From Geobacteraceae bacterium (GTDB lineage: Bacteria; Desulfobacterota; Desulfuromonadia; Geobacterales; DSM-12255): DNA of 64,000 bases. The notes beneath the pieces were generated by a model that saw only the letters and a list, made by a program, of their open reading frames with translations, was not told where the DNA came from and searched no databases. This document shows, piece after piece, positions 28,905 to 40,069 of this stretch; position 1 is the first letter of the stretch, and each line of letters starts with the position of its first letter. The stretch spans positions 9,119 to 73,118 of the forward strand of contig JACABD010000008.1 of the NCBI GenBank assembly GCA_013377075.1, read 5' to 3'. Made by a program: the position numbers and the translations under genes.

Positions 28905-28987
28905 GCCACCTCCGATTTCATTTACTCTACCATATTTTCGGCTAATCCGGTAGGATGCGCTGACCTGTATCAAGGAGTCGGAGCCGG

Positions 28988-30394
28988 ATGCAACCAGTCA
29001 GAAAAAAGGTCCAAAAATTCATAGCGGAGCATAAGCTGCTTACTCCCGGCAACACTGTTGTTGTTGCCGTGTCAGGTGGAGCTGATTCTATTGCTCTGCT
29101 CGGCATTCTTGCCAATCTTCCGGGACTCCAGCTGAAACTTGTTGTTGCACACGTTAATCACTCTCTGCGAGGGGCTGAATCGGACGGTGATGAGCTTTTT
29201 GTGCGCAGGGTAGCCACAGAGTATAACGTCCCCTTTGAATTGTTAAAGGCTGACATTAAGGGTTATGCAGAGGCCAATGGACTTTCTCTTGAAGAGGCTG
29301 GCAGGGAAGTCAGGCGCTCCTTTTTCAGGGAAGTTGCGGTAAAATATTCGGCAGATGCTGTTGCTCTGGGGCATCACAGGGATGATCAGGCAGAGACTAT
29401 TCTGATGCGGCTGATACGAGGCGCAGCTGCAAGCGGATTGACCGGGATGCGTCCTAAGTCCGTTGAAGGAACTTTTATCCGCCCCATCCTCTGTCTGAGT
29501 CGTGGCGAAATTGTAGAGTATCTCGAAAAGGGGTTACTCCGCTTCCGAGAGGATAGCAGCAACACAGATGTCAGGTTCATGCGAAACAGGGTAAGGCACG
29601 AACTCCTGCCACTGCTTAGAAGATATAATCCTGAGATCGCCGAACGTCTCAATCAGACGGCTGATGCACTTGCCGCTGATGAGGAGCTGCTGGACTCGCA
29701 GGTTGATGCTGCCTTTAAAATATCAGTTTCAATCATCTCCGGTCAGGTCAGGTTGAATCTGGCTCTGTTGACTCTTGAGCCGATGGCTCTGCGCAAGCGG
29801 ATCTACCGGAAAGCCATATCTCGGCTTAAGGGGAATCTTAAGCAGGTATCCTCAAGGCATCTTGCAGATATAGATGCTCTGATACAGGGCTGCAGGGGGA
29901 GTGGCAGTGTGACTCTGCCCGGTTGTATAACCGCGGTAAGGGAGTACAATGTTGTAATCTTCAGAAAATCAGAAGATGAGCCACAATCCTTATGCGAAAC
30001 GGTAATTGATCAGTGTGGCATCTACACCCTGTTGCCAGGGGTAGAAGTTTCTGTTGAGCCCTATGACGGGACTTCGCAGGATTTTAGCGCAACAGGCCGT
30101 AATACAATTTTTGTCGATTCCAGCAAGCTGCCGTTCCCATGGACAGTCCGTCCGCTCAGGGAGGGCGATCGCTTTGTGCCTTTTGGAATGCAGGGGAGGA
30201 AGAAACTCAAAGATCTTTTTATCGACAGGAAAATCCCGGTAGCTGAGCGTACTGCTGTTCCACTCTTTACCTGTGATGGAGTGATTTTCTGGGTCGGTGG
30301 GGTGCAGGCTGCTGAAAATAGCAGGATCTGCGGGGTGGCAGCGAAGGTACTCTGTTTGAACATCTTTAGCTACAGCCATAATGTCTTGTCATAA
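28988..30394 (+). CDS. tilS: tRNA(Ile)-lysidine synthase
   Basis: PP-loop VAVSGGADSIAL, 468 aa, upstream of ftsH as in many bacteria. Confidence 0.88.
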   Translation: MQPVRKKVQKFIAEHKLLTPGNTVVVAVSGGADSIALLGILANLPGLQLKLVVAHVNHSLRGAESDGDELFVRRVATEYNVPFELLKADIKGYAEANGLSLEEAGREVRRSFFREVAVKYSADAVALGHHRDDQAETILMRLIRGAAASGLTGMRPKSVEGTFIRPILCLSRGEIVEYLEKGLLRFREDSSNTDVRFMRNRVRHELLPLLRRYNPEIAERLNQTADALAADEELLDSQVDAAFKISVSIISGQVRLNLALLTLEPMALRKRIYRKAISRLKGNLKQVSSRHLADIDALIQGCRGSGSVTLPGCITAVREYNVVIFRKSEDEPQSLCETVIDQCGIYTLLPGVEVSVEPYDGTSQDFSATGRNTIFVDSSKLPFPWTVRPLREGDRFVPFGMQGRKKLKDLFIDRKIPVAERTAVPLFTCDGVIFWVGGVQAAENSRICGVAAKVLCLNIFSYSHNVLS

Positions 30395-30481
30395 TCACCC
30401 TGTTGTGCTAATTTTTCGTGAATTTACAGTAAACTTTGCAGCTGCTTAAAGGCGCTGGCCGTTTAGATAAAGGGGGTAATT

Positions 30482-32302
30482 TTGAACCAGTTTTATAAGA
30501 ATCTCTCCTTGTGGCTCGTCATCAGTCTGATGATGATCCTTCTCTTCAATCTCTTCAATAAACCGAAGCCCGTGCAGGAGAGGCTCAATTACAGCGACTT
30601 TATAACTGCAGTCGATGCAGGAAAGGTCAAATCTGTTGTTATTGCCGGCAATGACCTCATCGGTAAGTATACCGATGGTAAGGAGTTCAGGAGTTACAGG
30701 CCGGCAGATGCGTCAATATCAGATACCCTGATCGAGAAAAAGGTCGAAGTTTCTGCAAAACCGGAAGAGGAGAAGTTCTCCTGGTTTTCTATCTTTATTT
30801 CGTGGTTCCCGCTTATTCTTCTTGTAGGAGTATGGATATTTTTCATGCGTCAGATGCAGGCAGGTGGCGGCAAGGCGATGTCTTTTGGCAAGAGCCGTGC
30901 GAAGCTCCTTACTGAGTCTCAGGGGAAGATCACTTTTGAGGATGTTGCCGGAATTGAAGAGGCAAAGGAGGAGCTTGAGGAGATAATCCAGTTCCTGAAA
31001 GATCCGAAAAAGTTCACCAAGCTTGGTGGACGAATCCCGAAAGGGGTTCTGCTCATGGGCCCTCCGGGCACAGGGAAGACCCTGCTTGCAAGGGCGATTG
31101 CCGGTGAGGCCGGAGTGCCGTTCTTTTCCATATCTGGCTCTGATTTTGTCGAGATGTTTGTTGGTGTCGGTGCCAGCCGTGTCCGGGACCTGTTTGTTCA
31201 GGGGAAGAAGAGCGCCCCGTGTATAATCTTTATTGACGAGATTGATGCTGTCGGTCGTCATCGTGGCGCAGGGCTTGGCGGCGGCCATGATGAGCGCGAG
31301 CAGACCCTGAACCAGCTTCTGGTTGAGATGGACGGTTTCGAGTCAAACGAGGGTGTAATCCTCATTGCTGCCACAAACCGCCCGGATGTCCTTGATCCGG
31401 CTCTTCTCAGGCCGGGGCGTTTTGATCGCCAGGTTGTTGTTCCGCGGCCGGATGTCAAAGGGCGGGAGATGATTCTTAAAGTCCACGCCAAGAAAGTGCC
31501 GCTGGGGGAGACCGTCAATATGGAGGTCATTGCCAGGGGAACTCCCGGATTCTCAGGAGCAGATCTCTCGAATGTTGTCAATGAAGCTGCACTTCTTGCT
31601 GCAAGGCGCAACAAGGAAAAAGTGGAGATGATCGATTTTGATGATGCCAAAGATAAGGTGTTGATGGGTGTCGAACGGCGCAGTATGGTTATCAGTGATG
31701 ATGAGAAAAAGAGCACCGCATACCATGAGGCCGGCCATACACTTGTAGCCAAACTTCTGCCTGGCACCGACCCGATTCATAAAGTCTCTATTATCCCTCG
31801 CGGTCGGGCTCTGGGAGTTACCATGCAGCTTCCGATTGAGGACAAGCACAGCTACACAAAAGAGTCTCTGCTTGATCGTATAGCCGTACTTATGGGGGGG
31901 AGAGCAGCTGAAGAGATCATATTCAGTACCATGACAACCGGAGCAGGTAATGATATCGAGCGTGCAACCGATATGGCCCGGAAGATGGTATGCGAATGGG
32001 GGATGAGTGAAAAACTCGGACCGGTCTCTTTTGGTAAAAAGGATGAACAGATATTCCTTGGTCGCGAGATGGCGACACAGAAGAACTATAGCGAATCAAC
32101 GGCAGTCGAGATTGATACTGAGATAAGACGGATTGTTGATGAAAACTATGGAAGGGTAAAACGTCTGCTCACTGAAAACCTGGATCTGCTCCATAAAATT
32201 TCTCTGGCTCTGATTGAAAAGGAGAACCTAAGCGGTGCGGAAGTGGATCTGCTGATCAATCCGGTAACAACACTAGTATCGGAAGCAGAAGCTGTAGTCT
32301 AG
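30482..32302 (+). CDS. ftsH: ATP-dependent zinc metalloprotease FtsH
   Basis: Walker [20 protein letters not shown] zinc site. TTG start preceded by GGGGG. Confidence 0.95.
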   Translation: MNQFYKNLSLWLVISLMMILLFNLFNKPKPVQERLNYSDFITAVDAGKVKSVVIAGNDLIGKYTDGKEFRSYRPADASISDTLIEKKVEVSAKPEEEKFSWFSIFISWFPLILLVGVWIFFMRQMQAGGGKAMSFGKSRAKLLTESQGKITFEDVAGIEEAKEELEEIIQFLKDPKKFTKLGGRIPKGVLLMGPPGTGKTLLARAIAGEAGVPFFSISGSDFVEMFVGVGASRVRDLFVQGKKSAPCIIFIDEIDAVGRHRGAGLGGGHDEREQTLNQLLVEMDGFESNEGVILIAATNRPDVLDPALLRPGRFDRQVVVPRPDVKGREMILKVHAKKVPLGETVNMEVIARGTPGFSGADLSNVVNEAALLAARRNKEKVEMIDFDDAKDKVLMGVERRSMVISDDEKKSTAYHEAGHTLVAKLLPGTDPIHKVSIIPRGRALGVTMQLPIEDKHSYTKESLLDRIAVLMGGRAAEEIIFSTMTTGAGNDIERATDMARKMVCEWGMSEKLGPVSFGKKDEQIFLGREMATQKNYSESTAVEIDTEIRRIVDENYGRVKRLLTENLDLLHKISLALIEKENLSGAEVDLLINPVTTLVSEAEAVV

Positions 32303-33145
32303 ATGGAGCAAACTCTCTGGCGTCTAAAGGGTCGGAGTTTTGACCTTTCAGTAGCTCCGCTTGTCATGGGGGTTCTTAACCTGACCCCGGATTCATTTTC
32401 TGATGGCAGCAGTTACAACTCTGTTGATATTGCTGTAGCTGCGGCAATGAAGATGGTTGAGGATGGTGCCGATATTATCGATGTCGGTGGCGAGAGCACA
32501 AGGCCTGGCGCAGATACTGTTTCTGCAAGGGAAGAGCTCGCCAGGGTTCTTCCGGTTATAGAAGCTCTTGCGACAAAGGTGTCTGTACCAATCTCAATTG
32601 ACACATGGAAGTCAGAAGTTGCTGCAGTCGCTCTGAATGCCGGTGTAGAGATAGTTAACGACATCAGTGCAATGACTTTTGATGCTAAAATGCTTCAGGT
32701 CGTTGCAGAATTTGAAGCGGCTGTTATTCTCATGCATAGTCGCGGCAAACCCTCAGATATGCAGAAATATACCGCTTATTCTGATATTGTTTCAGAGGTT
32801 AGGCAGTTTCTCGGTGATCGGATTGAAGCAGCTGTTACTGCCGGTATAGATAAAGATAAAATTGTTGTTGACCCCGGAATCGGCTTTGGGAAAAGTGTTT
32901 CAGGCAATTTGGAGATAATCCGTAGGCTTGGAGAGTTCAAAAGTCTAGGCAGGCCAGTGCTGGTCGGTACATCGAGAAAGTCGTTCATTGGTGCAATGCT
33001 TAACCGGGACGTGTCTGGCCGGGTTTTCGGAACAGCGGCCACAGTAGCGGTATCAATGATGAACGGGGCTTCCATCTTCAGGGTTCATGATGTCAGAGCG
33101 ATGCGTGACACTGTTGATATGGTCAGGGCTATCATGAAAAGCTGA
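32303..33145 (+). CDS. folP: Dihydropteroate synthase
   Basis: GADIIDVGGESTRPG, NDISA, DPGIGFGK. Confidence 0.9.
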   Translation: MEQTLWRLKGRSFDLSVAPLVMGVLNLTPDSFSDGSSYNSVDIAVAAAMKMVEDGADIIDVGGESTRPGADTVSAREELARVLPVIEALATKVSVPISIDTWKSEVAAVALNAGVEIVNDISAMTFDAKMLQVVAEFEAAVILMHSRGKPSDMQKYTAYSDIVSEVRQFLGDRIEAAVTAGIDKDKIVVDPGIGFGKSVSGNLEIIRRLGEFKSLGRPVLVGTSRKSFIGAMLNRDVSGRVFGTAATVAVSMMNGASIFRVHDVRAMRDTVDMVRAIMKS

Positions 33146-33164
33146 TTTTTTTTAAGGTGAATTT

Positions 33165-33944
33165 ATGTGGGAGCTACTGCAAAAAACTGACTGGCTTCTT
33201 GCTATGGCAGATATTCTGCTGGTGTCTATTGTCATTTACCAGCTTTTAAAGCTTCTTCGAGAGACTACGGCGCTCAGGATTCTTCATCTCCTCCCCCTGA
33301 TCATAATTGCATCTATTCTCACCCGCCTTACCGGTCTTGTCACTTTTTCCCTTCTGATTGACAATCTGCTCACCTCGATGTTTGTGATTCTTGCAGTGAT
33401 ATTTCAGTATGACATACGGCGAGCTCTCCTTTCATTCAGCAGGAGCCGTGTTACTGCAAAGGGGGATTCTGATCAGGACGAGAGCGAATCCGATACCGTT
33501 CTTCAGCAGATAGCAGATGCCTGCCATGCCCTTTCCGAGAGGCGAAACGGTGCCTTGATTGTTATCCAGAGGGAGATGTCACTTGATCATTTTATGGGGG
33601 TCGGTACACAGATTGATGCAAAGGTTACAAGCGAGATCCTTACATCGATATTTTTGCCGTACTCGCCAATTCATGACGGAGCGGTAATAATTCAAAGCGG
33701 TAAACTTACGCAGGCTGGCTGTTTCCTGCCTCTTACCCAGAATCCTGATATTGCAAAAGAGCTTGGCACAAGGCACAGGGCTGCTATAGGCCTGACAGAG
33801 CTGGTTGATGCTCTGGTGATAGTCGTATCTGAAGAGACAGGCTCCGTTTCTGTTGTTTCGGGAGGGCGGATTACCAGTGATCTTGAATCAGCTGGATTAA
33901 GAAAGCTGTTGAGACGGATGGTTGAGTTGCGGTGGCTACAGTGA
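33165..33944 (+). CDS. cdaA: Diadenylate cyclase CdaA (c-di-AMP synthase)
   Basis: Three N-terminal TM segments and a DAC domain (HDGAVII, GTRHRAAIGLTE, VSEETG). Confidence 0.88.
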   Translation: MWELLQKTDWLLAMADILLVSIVIYQLLKLLRETTALRILHLLPLIIIASILTRLTGLVTFSLLIDNLLTSMFVILAVIFQYDIRRALLSFSRSRVTAKGDSDQDESESDTVLQQIADACHALSERRNGALIVIQREMSLDHFMGVGTQIDAKVTSEILTSIFLPYSPIHDGAVIIQSGKLTQAGCFLPLTQNPDIAKELGTRHRAAIGLTELVDALVIVVSEETGSVSVVSGGRITSDLESAGLRKLLRRMVELRWLQ

Positions 33945-34324
33945 ATCTGATTACTACAAACCTACAGCTAAAGCTACTCTCGCTGCTTCTTGCGGTTGTT
34001 CTCTGGCTTTTTGTGAATTTTGAGACTGTCGACCGGGTCGAACTTCCGCTTACCGTAACCCGTGTAATTACTCCGCCGGGGCTTGTTGTCAGTGAGGCTC
34101 AGAAAATAAAACCGGTTGTCCGAATTGAAGCGCCAAGAATACTCCTGTTGAGACAGGAGATTAAGGGCGTGAGAGCAGCTATTGATCTCTCTGGTTCACG
34201 AGAGGGTGAAATGCTTTTGTCTGATAAAGAAACTATCGTGGAGCTGATTCAAGGGGTAAAGCTTGTCCTGATATTGCCACTGAAGCTGGAACTCAAGCGC
34301 GAGGAAATATTTTTTAGGGAGTAG
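33932..34324 (+). CDS. Short YbbR/CdaR-like protein
   Basis: N-terminal TM segment. Sits between cdaA and glmM (conserved cdaA-cdaR-glmM arrangement). The GTG start overlaps the cdaA end. At 130 aa it is much shorter than typical YbbR proteins. Confidence 0.55.
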   Translation: MATVNLITTNLQLKLLSLLLAVVLWLFVNFETVDRVELPLTVTRVITPPGLVVSEAQKIKPVVRIEAPRILLLRQEIKGVRAAIDLSGSREGEMLLSDKETIVELIQGVKLVLILPLKLELKREEIFFRE

Positions 34325-34326
34325 AA

Positions 34327-35682
34327 ATGAAGAAACTTTTTGGAACTGACGGCGTTCGCGGTGTCGCAAACGTATATCCAATGACCTCAGAGATGGCCAT
34401 GCAGATAGGGCGGGCAGCTGCCTATCTGTTCAAAAACGGCAACCGAAGGCACAGGATTGTCATCGGTAAAGATACAAGACTCTCGGGCTATATGATTGAA
34501 AATGCGCTGGTTGCGGGGATATGCTCTATGGGGGTTGATGTCCTTCAAGTGGGGCCTCTGCCAACACCCGGAATTGCCTATATAACGTCTTCAATGCGGG
34601 CTGATGCCGGAGTTGTCATCTCTGCTTCCCATAATCCTTTTCAGGACAACGGCATAAAGTTCTTTTTCAAGGACGGCTTTAAACTTCCGGATGAGATTGA
34701 ACTCAAGATGGAAAAACTGATATTTTCAGAAAAAATGGATTCTTTGAGGCCAGTTGCAACCGAGGTGGGTAAGGCATACCGAATTGATGACGCCGCCGGC
34801 AGGTATGTGGTTTTTCTGAAGAGCACATTCCCCAAAGACCTGGATCTTGTCGGAATGAAGATAGTTCTCGACTGTGCAAACGGCGCTGCCTACAAAATAG
34901 CCCCTGCAGTGCTGGAAGAACTTGGTGCGGAGGTGATACCGATCGGTGTGAAACCTAACGGTACAAACATAAATTCCGGATGTGGCTCTCTTCATCCTGA
35001 GGTTATGAGTGAGGCTGTCAAGAGTCATCGTGCGGATCTTGGCATCGCTCTAGATGGCGATGCTGACAGGGTTATCTTTGTTGATGAATTCGGGAATGTG
35101 GTTGACGGTGATCAGATCATGGCAATTTGCGCAACTGATCTGATAAGACAGAAAAAGCTTCGTAAAAATACTCTTGTGGCAACTGTCATGAGCAACATGG
35201 GACTTGATATCGCCATGAGAAATGCCGGTGGCAAGGTTGTCAAAACCGACGTAGGTGACAGGTATGTGGTCGAAGAGATGCGCAAGGGAGGCTATAGCCT
35301 CGGCGGAGAGCAGTCAGGACATATGATTTTCCTTGATCACAATACGACCGGAGATGGCACTCTCTCTGCGCTCCAGCTCCTTTCAATAATACGCAGAAGT
35401 GGTAAAACACTTTCCGAGCTTGCAGAGGTAATGATCCCTTTGCCGCAGGTGCTCGTGAATGTAAGGGTGTCAGAGAAGCTCGATATTATGGAAATACCAG
35501 CAGCAGCTGCCCTGATAAAGTCGACAGAGTTAAAGCTTGGTCAGGATGGACGGATTCTGATCCGCTATTCCGGAACAGAGCCGTTACTTAGAATTATGAT
35601 AGAAGGTCATGACAAATACCAGATAACTGCATGGGCAAAAGAGATCGCCGACGCAGTTGAAAAGGCAATAGGAGCTAAATAG
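34327..35682 (+). CDS. glmM: Phosphoglucosamine mutase
   Basis: [12 protein letters not shown], phosphoserine loop SASHNP, GEQSGH. Confidence 0.93.
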   Translation: MKKLFGTDGVRGVANVYPMTSEMAMQIGRAAAYLFKNGNRRHRIVIGKDTRLSGYMIENALVAGICSMGVDVLQVGPLPTPGIAYITSSMRADAGVVISASHNPFQDNGIKFFFKDGFKLPDEIELKMEKLIFSEKMDSLRPVATEVGKAYRIDDAAGRYVVFLKSTFPKDLDLVGMKIVLDCANGAAYKIAPAVLEELGAEVIPIGVKPNGTNINSGCGSLHPEVMSEAVKSHRADLGIALDGDADRVIFVDEFGNVVDGDQIMAICATDLIRQKKLRKNTLVATVMSNMGLDIAMRNAGGKVVKTDVGDRYVVEEMRKGGYSLGGEQSGHMIFLDHNTTGDGTLSALQLLSIIRRSGKTLSELAEVMIPLPQVLVNVRVSEKLDIMEIPAAAALIKSTELKLGQDGRILIRYSGTEPLLRIMIEGHDKYQITAWAKEIADAVEKAIGAK

Positions 35683-36402
35683 ATGGCAAAACTGGGAGTA
35701 AATATCGATCACGTTGCGACTATCAGGCAGGCACGCGGGGGCGCAGAGCCTGATCCGGTAGCAGCGGCTGCTCTTGCTGAATTTGCAGGTGCGGACGGGA
35801 TAACAGTTCACCTGAGAGAGGATAGAAGGCATATTCAGGATAGAGACCTGAACCTCTTGCGCGAAACCATAAAAACCAGGCTTAATCTCGAAATGGCGGC
35901 GACCGACGAGATGGTTTCCATAGCTCAGAGAGTAAAGCCGGATATGTGTACACTCGTCCCTGAGAAGCGTCTTGAGCTGACAACTGAGGGTGGCCTTGAT
36001 GTGCGCTGCAATTTTGAACAGATCAGATCTGCAGTTGAAAGGCTAAGGGGGGCCGGAATTCCGGTGTCACTTTTCATCGACGCTGATTCAGATCAGATAA
36101 AGGCTGCAGATAAGGTCGGCGCTGACTTTATAGAGATACATACAGGTTTATTTGCTGATGCACCAGACTGGAAGAGTGAAGAAAAGGAACTGATCCGGAT
36201 CGAAAACGGGGTGAAGTTGGCTCAGAAACTTGGCTTGGGTGTGAATGCCGGACATGGCCTCAATTACAGCAATGTCAAGAAAATCGCTGCAATCCGGGGT
36301 ATTGAAGAGTACAACATTGGACACTCGATAATATCAAGAGCCGTGATGACTGGGCTTGAGAAAGCGGTAAGGGATATGGTGGAACTAATCAGGTTTGCCT
36401 GA
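35683..36402 (+). CDS. pdxJ: Pyridoxine 5'-phosphate synthase
   Basis: [31 protein letters not shown]. Confidence 0.92.
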   Translation: MAKLGVNIDHVATIRQARGGAEPDPVAAAALAEFAGADGITVHLREDRRHIQDRDLNLLRETIKTRLNLEMAATDEMVSIAQRVKPDMCTLVPEKRLELTTEGGLDVRCNFEQIRSAVERLRGAGIPVSLFIDADSDQIKAADKVGADFIEIHTGLFADAPDWKSEEKELIRIENGVKLAQKLGLGVNAGHGLNYSNVKKIAAIRGIEEYNIGHSIISRAVMTGLEKAVRDMVELIRFA

Positions 36403-37326
36403 TCAGAAGTCCTGAAGGGGTTTGTATTTTTTCTTGCTTTCGATCAATTTGTCGGAGATTTTTTCAGGGAGCCCGGCCTTAAGTAATCTTGCACTGTTTT
36501 TAAATTCGTCGTCAAGTTGCTTTACTGTAGCTGTGTATGAAGTGATTGAGCCTGACGGGTTCGCTGCAAATGTGTGAATTTTTGTGTAGGCAGCAAAGAT
36601 CTTGTTTATATGCTCATTGCTGGCTGCGAACTTTGTGGGTGGTTCTCCAATGTCTTTTACCATGCTTGACACATCTTTGCTGGCACTAGCCATAGAAGCG
36701 CTCTCAGAGCGGGTAGCTTTAGGGGGATTAGGTGCCATAGTGGACTGCCACTCTGTTAGTATACGGTTGCAGATTTTCATGTCCAGATCGGTAGCAGATT
36801 TGATTCCGAATAGTGCCCTGACATATCTTTCTGCATATTTAGTTTCAATTCGGTCTTGATACAAGAAATACCCACCGGCTCCAATAACCAGAATAATAAT
36901 AGCAAGTATTGCGGCTATCTGGGCAGGTTGGCTAGGGAGCTTTAATCCTTTGGTTCCTGCTGTAGATTTAATGCCGTAATCTGTATATTGTGTTGTGGAA
37001 GTGTGTTTAGCGGAAAGTTTATTGAAACGACTGAAACTTCCGATAAATTTGTTGAACTGTTTTTTTGCTGCCGATGAAGATTCGGTGATATAAAAATCAG
37101 GGTAGATGGCGTGACATTCATGGCAGTAAACAGATGTGCCAGGATTGTTGCCGCATTCGACACAGGTTATTTCTGCGTCTTTGTGAAGTGCCCTACTTGC
37201 AAAGGAAACCTTTTTTACAACGTACCCAGAGTTGCATTCCGGACATTTGTTAAAGGATCCCTCTTCCGGGAGATCGTAAATATCAAGTTCTATATTAGTG
37301 CTACATTTTGGGCAGAGACATCTCAT
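36403..37326 (-). CDS. Double zinc-ribbon membrane protein, unknown function
   Basis: CPKC...CPEC and CVEC...CHEC ribbons, one TM segment (IAAILAIIILVIGAGGYFLY), and a C-terminal extracytoplasmic domain. Confidence 0.55.
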   Translation of the reverse strand: MRCLCPKCSTNIELDIYDLPEEGSFNKCPECNSGYVVKKVSFASRALHKDAEITCVECGNNPGTSVYCHECHAIYPDFYITESSSAAKKQFNKFIGSFSRFNKLSAKHTSTTQYTDYGIKSTAGTKGLKLPSQPAQIAAILAIIILVIGAGGYFLYQDRIETKYAERYVRALFGIKSATDLDMKICNRILTEWQSTMAPNPPKATRSESASMASASKDVSSMVKDIGEPPTKFAASNEHINKIFAAYTKIHTFAANPSGSITSYTATVKQLDDEFKNSARLLKAGLPEKISDKLIESKKKYKPLQDF

Positions 37327-37349
37327 GTAAGAGTTATCCGAAGAAATAT

Positions 37350-37862
37350 TTAGAAATTAGACACCAAATCGGTGTAGCTGCCATCGCTGAAACGGACAAT
37401 ATCATCTTTGCTTCTAGGGTCATTAAAGGAAAGATCTGTTTGCCCATCTTGCCCTTTACTGTATAGGTCATAGTCAGTATTCCATAAGCCCGCAATTTGA
37501 CGCATGTCATCAGGAGATGTTAACGGGTTAAACGGCCGATAATAATAAGGAGACCCCCAAGGATCAACTAAGCTGGCTCTGCCAATATCATTTAGCCATG
37601 TTGCTTCAGCCGGGTAACTCCCTTTATCAATTGCATATGCGTTAAGGTCCTTTCCTAAACCGTTAATTTCAGCTATGCAACGTGCAATTTTGGCTTTCTC
37701 TCTGAATGATCCAAAAGCGGATATCGAGAAAGTTGCGAGGACTACTATTATTGCAAAAACAACAATAAGTTCAACAAGGGTGAAACCCTTGCTGCTTTTT
37801 AAGCAGTTGTTTGTAAATAACCTGTAGAATTTTATTGAAGATGTTTCTTTTCCAATAACCAT
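37350..37862 (-). CDS. Orphan GspG-like pseudopilin (prepilin N-terminal methylation domain)
   Basis: KGFTLVELIVVFAIIVVLA prepilin motif and GspG-like DPWGSPYYY. The leader is unusually long (25 aa) if ATG 37862 is used. Confidence 0.75.
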   Translation of the reverse strand: MVIGKETSSIKFYRLFTNNCLKSSKGFTLVELIVVFAIIVVLATFSISAFGSFREKAKIARCIAEINGLGKDLNAYAIDKGSYPAEATWLNDIGRASLVDPWGSPYYYRPFNPLTSPDDMRQIAGLWNTDYDLYSKGQDGQTDLSFNDPRSKDDIVRFSDGSYTDLVSNF

Positions 37863-38030
37863 TATCGGTTCCCTGAAATTATGTTCTAAGGCATGAAAAA
37901 GAGTCTATACATATTTTTCGCAATATTCAATCAAATCATGGATATTTACAAGGAAAAAGTTTAATTTGATTCTGCTGATTTTTCAAATCGTTGGCACCTT
38001 TTCGCGGGCTCTGCAGCTTAGCTTATAATA

Positions 38031-40022
38031 ATGTGTTTCCCTGGGAATCTATCGTATATGTATCAACTTCTGAATAATTTTCTCCGTAGATTGAAACTTC
38101 GCTCAAAGATGCTGGTCATGGTGCTTCCCCTTGTCATTATTCCGATAATTCTGGTGGGCGGAATTACCGGTTACATTGCCAACCATCATGCCTACCTCGG
38201 TATTACGCAAACAAGCAAGGATGATCTTGAGCATATGTCCAGCTTCACAATAGATCTTCTCCAGTCCCATCATCAGCAATTTCAGGTCTATAAACAGGAT
38301 AAGGAAAGAATATTCAGGCAGGAGTTGGCAGCACTTGCAACTCTTTCCTACAATCTGGTTGAAACCCAGTACAGGCAAGCAGTGGTTGGGCGCATAGATA
38401 GAGATAGGGCGCTTCAGGAGGCACGCAATGCGCTTAAAAAGGTAAATGTTGGCGAGAGTGGCTATATTTACGCAATGACCGGTGAGGGCTCACTCAAGGT
38501 TCATATAGCTCGTGAGGGGGAAAATGTTTACAATGAGAAAGATGAAAATGGCCGCTACTTTATACGTGAAATGTGTCAAAAAGCCCGCCATTCAAAGCCA
38601 GGAGAGGTGCTTTACATAATTTATCCCTGGCGTAACGCTGCCCTTGGAGATAAAAAGGCCAGGAACAAGATAGTCGCATACAGATATCTGCGCGAATGGG
38701 ACTGGATTATTGCCGCAGGTGGTTATCTTGAGGAGACTTACGATAACGAATCATTTGAAAGAAGTTCATTCGGTCTGCTTAAGGAAAAGTTAAAGCAGAA
38801 GAAGGTTGGCACCACGGGTTATATCTTCTGTATGGACAGCAAAGGCAATTTCAAGATTCATCCTAGTGGTGAAGGTAAGAACTTTATCGATGCTACTGGT
38901 GATGACGGTAAAAAGTTCATAAAGGAGATGTGCGAAAAGAAGAGCGGCTGGATTCGTTACCCGTGGCGGAACAAGGGCGAGCCTTCGCCAAGGATGAAGA
39001 TAGTCAGATACGATTATTTTGAGCCATGGGACTGGATTGTTGCGGTTGGATCGTACGAGGATGAATTCTACAATGAGGCCAATAAGATAAGGTGGCGTAT
39101 TCTTGCCTGGATGCTGTTTCTCTCACTGGTTGTCGGGGTTGGGGCAACTTTGATGGTTATCCTTGCTTCAAGGACTTTTAGCGATCCTATCAATAGGATG
39201 CTTGAGTCTATCAGGCAGGTTAAACGGGGACGGCTAGATGTCAGGGTTGAGATAAACTCAGAAGATGAACTCGGAGAGCTTGGTGCTGCATTTAACAGGA
39301 TGACCGAGATAATTCAACGTAACCGTGAAATGGAGGCTACACTTGCCCAGCACGGAAAGATGGCATCCCTGGGGGTGCTGTCGTCTGGTGTTGCCCATGA
39401 AATAAATAATCCACTTGGTGTTATTCTTGGTTATGCCGGTTATCTTGAAGGAAAAATGAGCGAAGATGACCCGGGTTACAAGTATATTCATGAAATAAAA
39501 AGGGAGAGCAAGAGATGCAAGAAAATAGTTCAGGATCTTTTGAATTATGCTCGTACTCCCAAGCCAGTTCTGAAAACTACGAATATTAATTCGCTTCTAG
39601 AGCAGATAGTTGACTTCGCTGCCAACCATACAGATATGCACAATGTCAGGGTCGTTATGGATTTTGATAAAAGTATCCCCCCTGTTATGCTTGACGGTGA
39701 CCAGATGAGGCAGGTTGCAATAAATCTTATTCTCAATGCTGGTGCTGCAATGGGAGCTGGCGGTCTTCTGACTGTCTCAACGATGGTTAGGGGCGATCAT
39801 GTTGTAATAACGTTTAGGGACAACGGCGAGGGTATAGACAAGGAAAATCTGGAAAAAATCTTTGAGCCGTTTTTTACTACAAAAGAAAAGGGTACTGGCC
39901 TCGGTCTTGCTATTACCAAGCAGATAGTAGAGCAGCACCATGGACGTATAATAATCGAAAGTGAAGTTGGAGATGGGACTACGGTGACGGTTCAGCTTCC
40001 TTTTGAGCCGGAAGAGTTTTAA
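38031..40022 (+). CDS. Sensor histidine kinase: tandem sCache_2-like domains, HAMP, HisKA, HATPase
   Basis: Two similar periplasmic modules (GESGYIYAM...YPWRN...WDWIIAAGGY and GTTGYIFCM...YPWRN...WDWIVAVGSY). H-box SSGVAHEINNPL, plus DNGEGI and GTGLGLAI. The start is uncertain (ATGs at 38031, 38058, 38109). Confidence 0.85.
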   Translation: MCFPGNLSYMYQLLNNFLRRLKLRSKMLVMVLPLVIIPIILVGGITGYIANHHAYLGITQTSKDDLEHMSSFTIDLLQSHHQQFQVYKQDKERIFRQELAALATLSYNLVETQYRQAVVGRIDRDRALQEARNALKKVNVGESGYIYAMTGEGSLKVHIAREGENVYNEKDENGRYFIREMCQKARHSKPGEVLYIIYPWRNAALGDKKARNKIVAYRYLREWDWIIAAGGYLEETYDNESFERSSFGLLKEKLKQKKVGTTGYIFCMDSKGNFKIHPSGEGKNFIDATGDDGKKFIKEMCEKKSGWIRYPWRNKGEPSPRMKIVRYDYFEPWDWIVAVGSYEDEFYNEANKIRWRILAWMLFLSLVVGVGATLMVILASRTFSDPINRMLESIRQVKRGRLDVRVEINSEDELGELGAAFNRMTEIIQRNREMEATLAQHGKMASLGVLSSGVAHEINNPLGVILGYAGYLEGKMSEDDPGYKYIHEIKRESKRCKKIVQDLLNYARTPKPVLKTTNINSLLEQIVDFAANHTDMHNVRVVMDFDKSIPPVMLDGDQMRQVAINLILNAGAAMGAGGLLTVSTMVRGDHVVITFRDNGEGIDKENLEKIFEPFFTTKEKGTGLGLAITKQIVEQHHGRIIIESEVGDGTTVTVQLPFEPEEF

Positions 40023-40069
40023 GCTTCAGTATGGTGTAATCTGATTTCATTATTACGGAAGGGGTAAGG

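Noticed and set aside
37992-38005. Sigma-54-like TGGCAC...CGC element upstream of the Cache kinase gene
   Set aside because: GG and GC are separated by 9 nt, not the obligatory 10. Compare glnAp2, GG-CACAGATTTC-GC.
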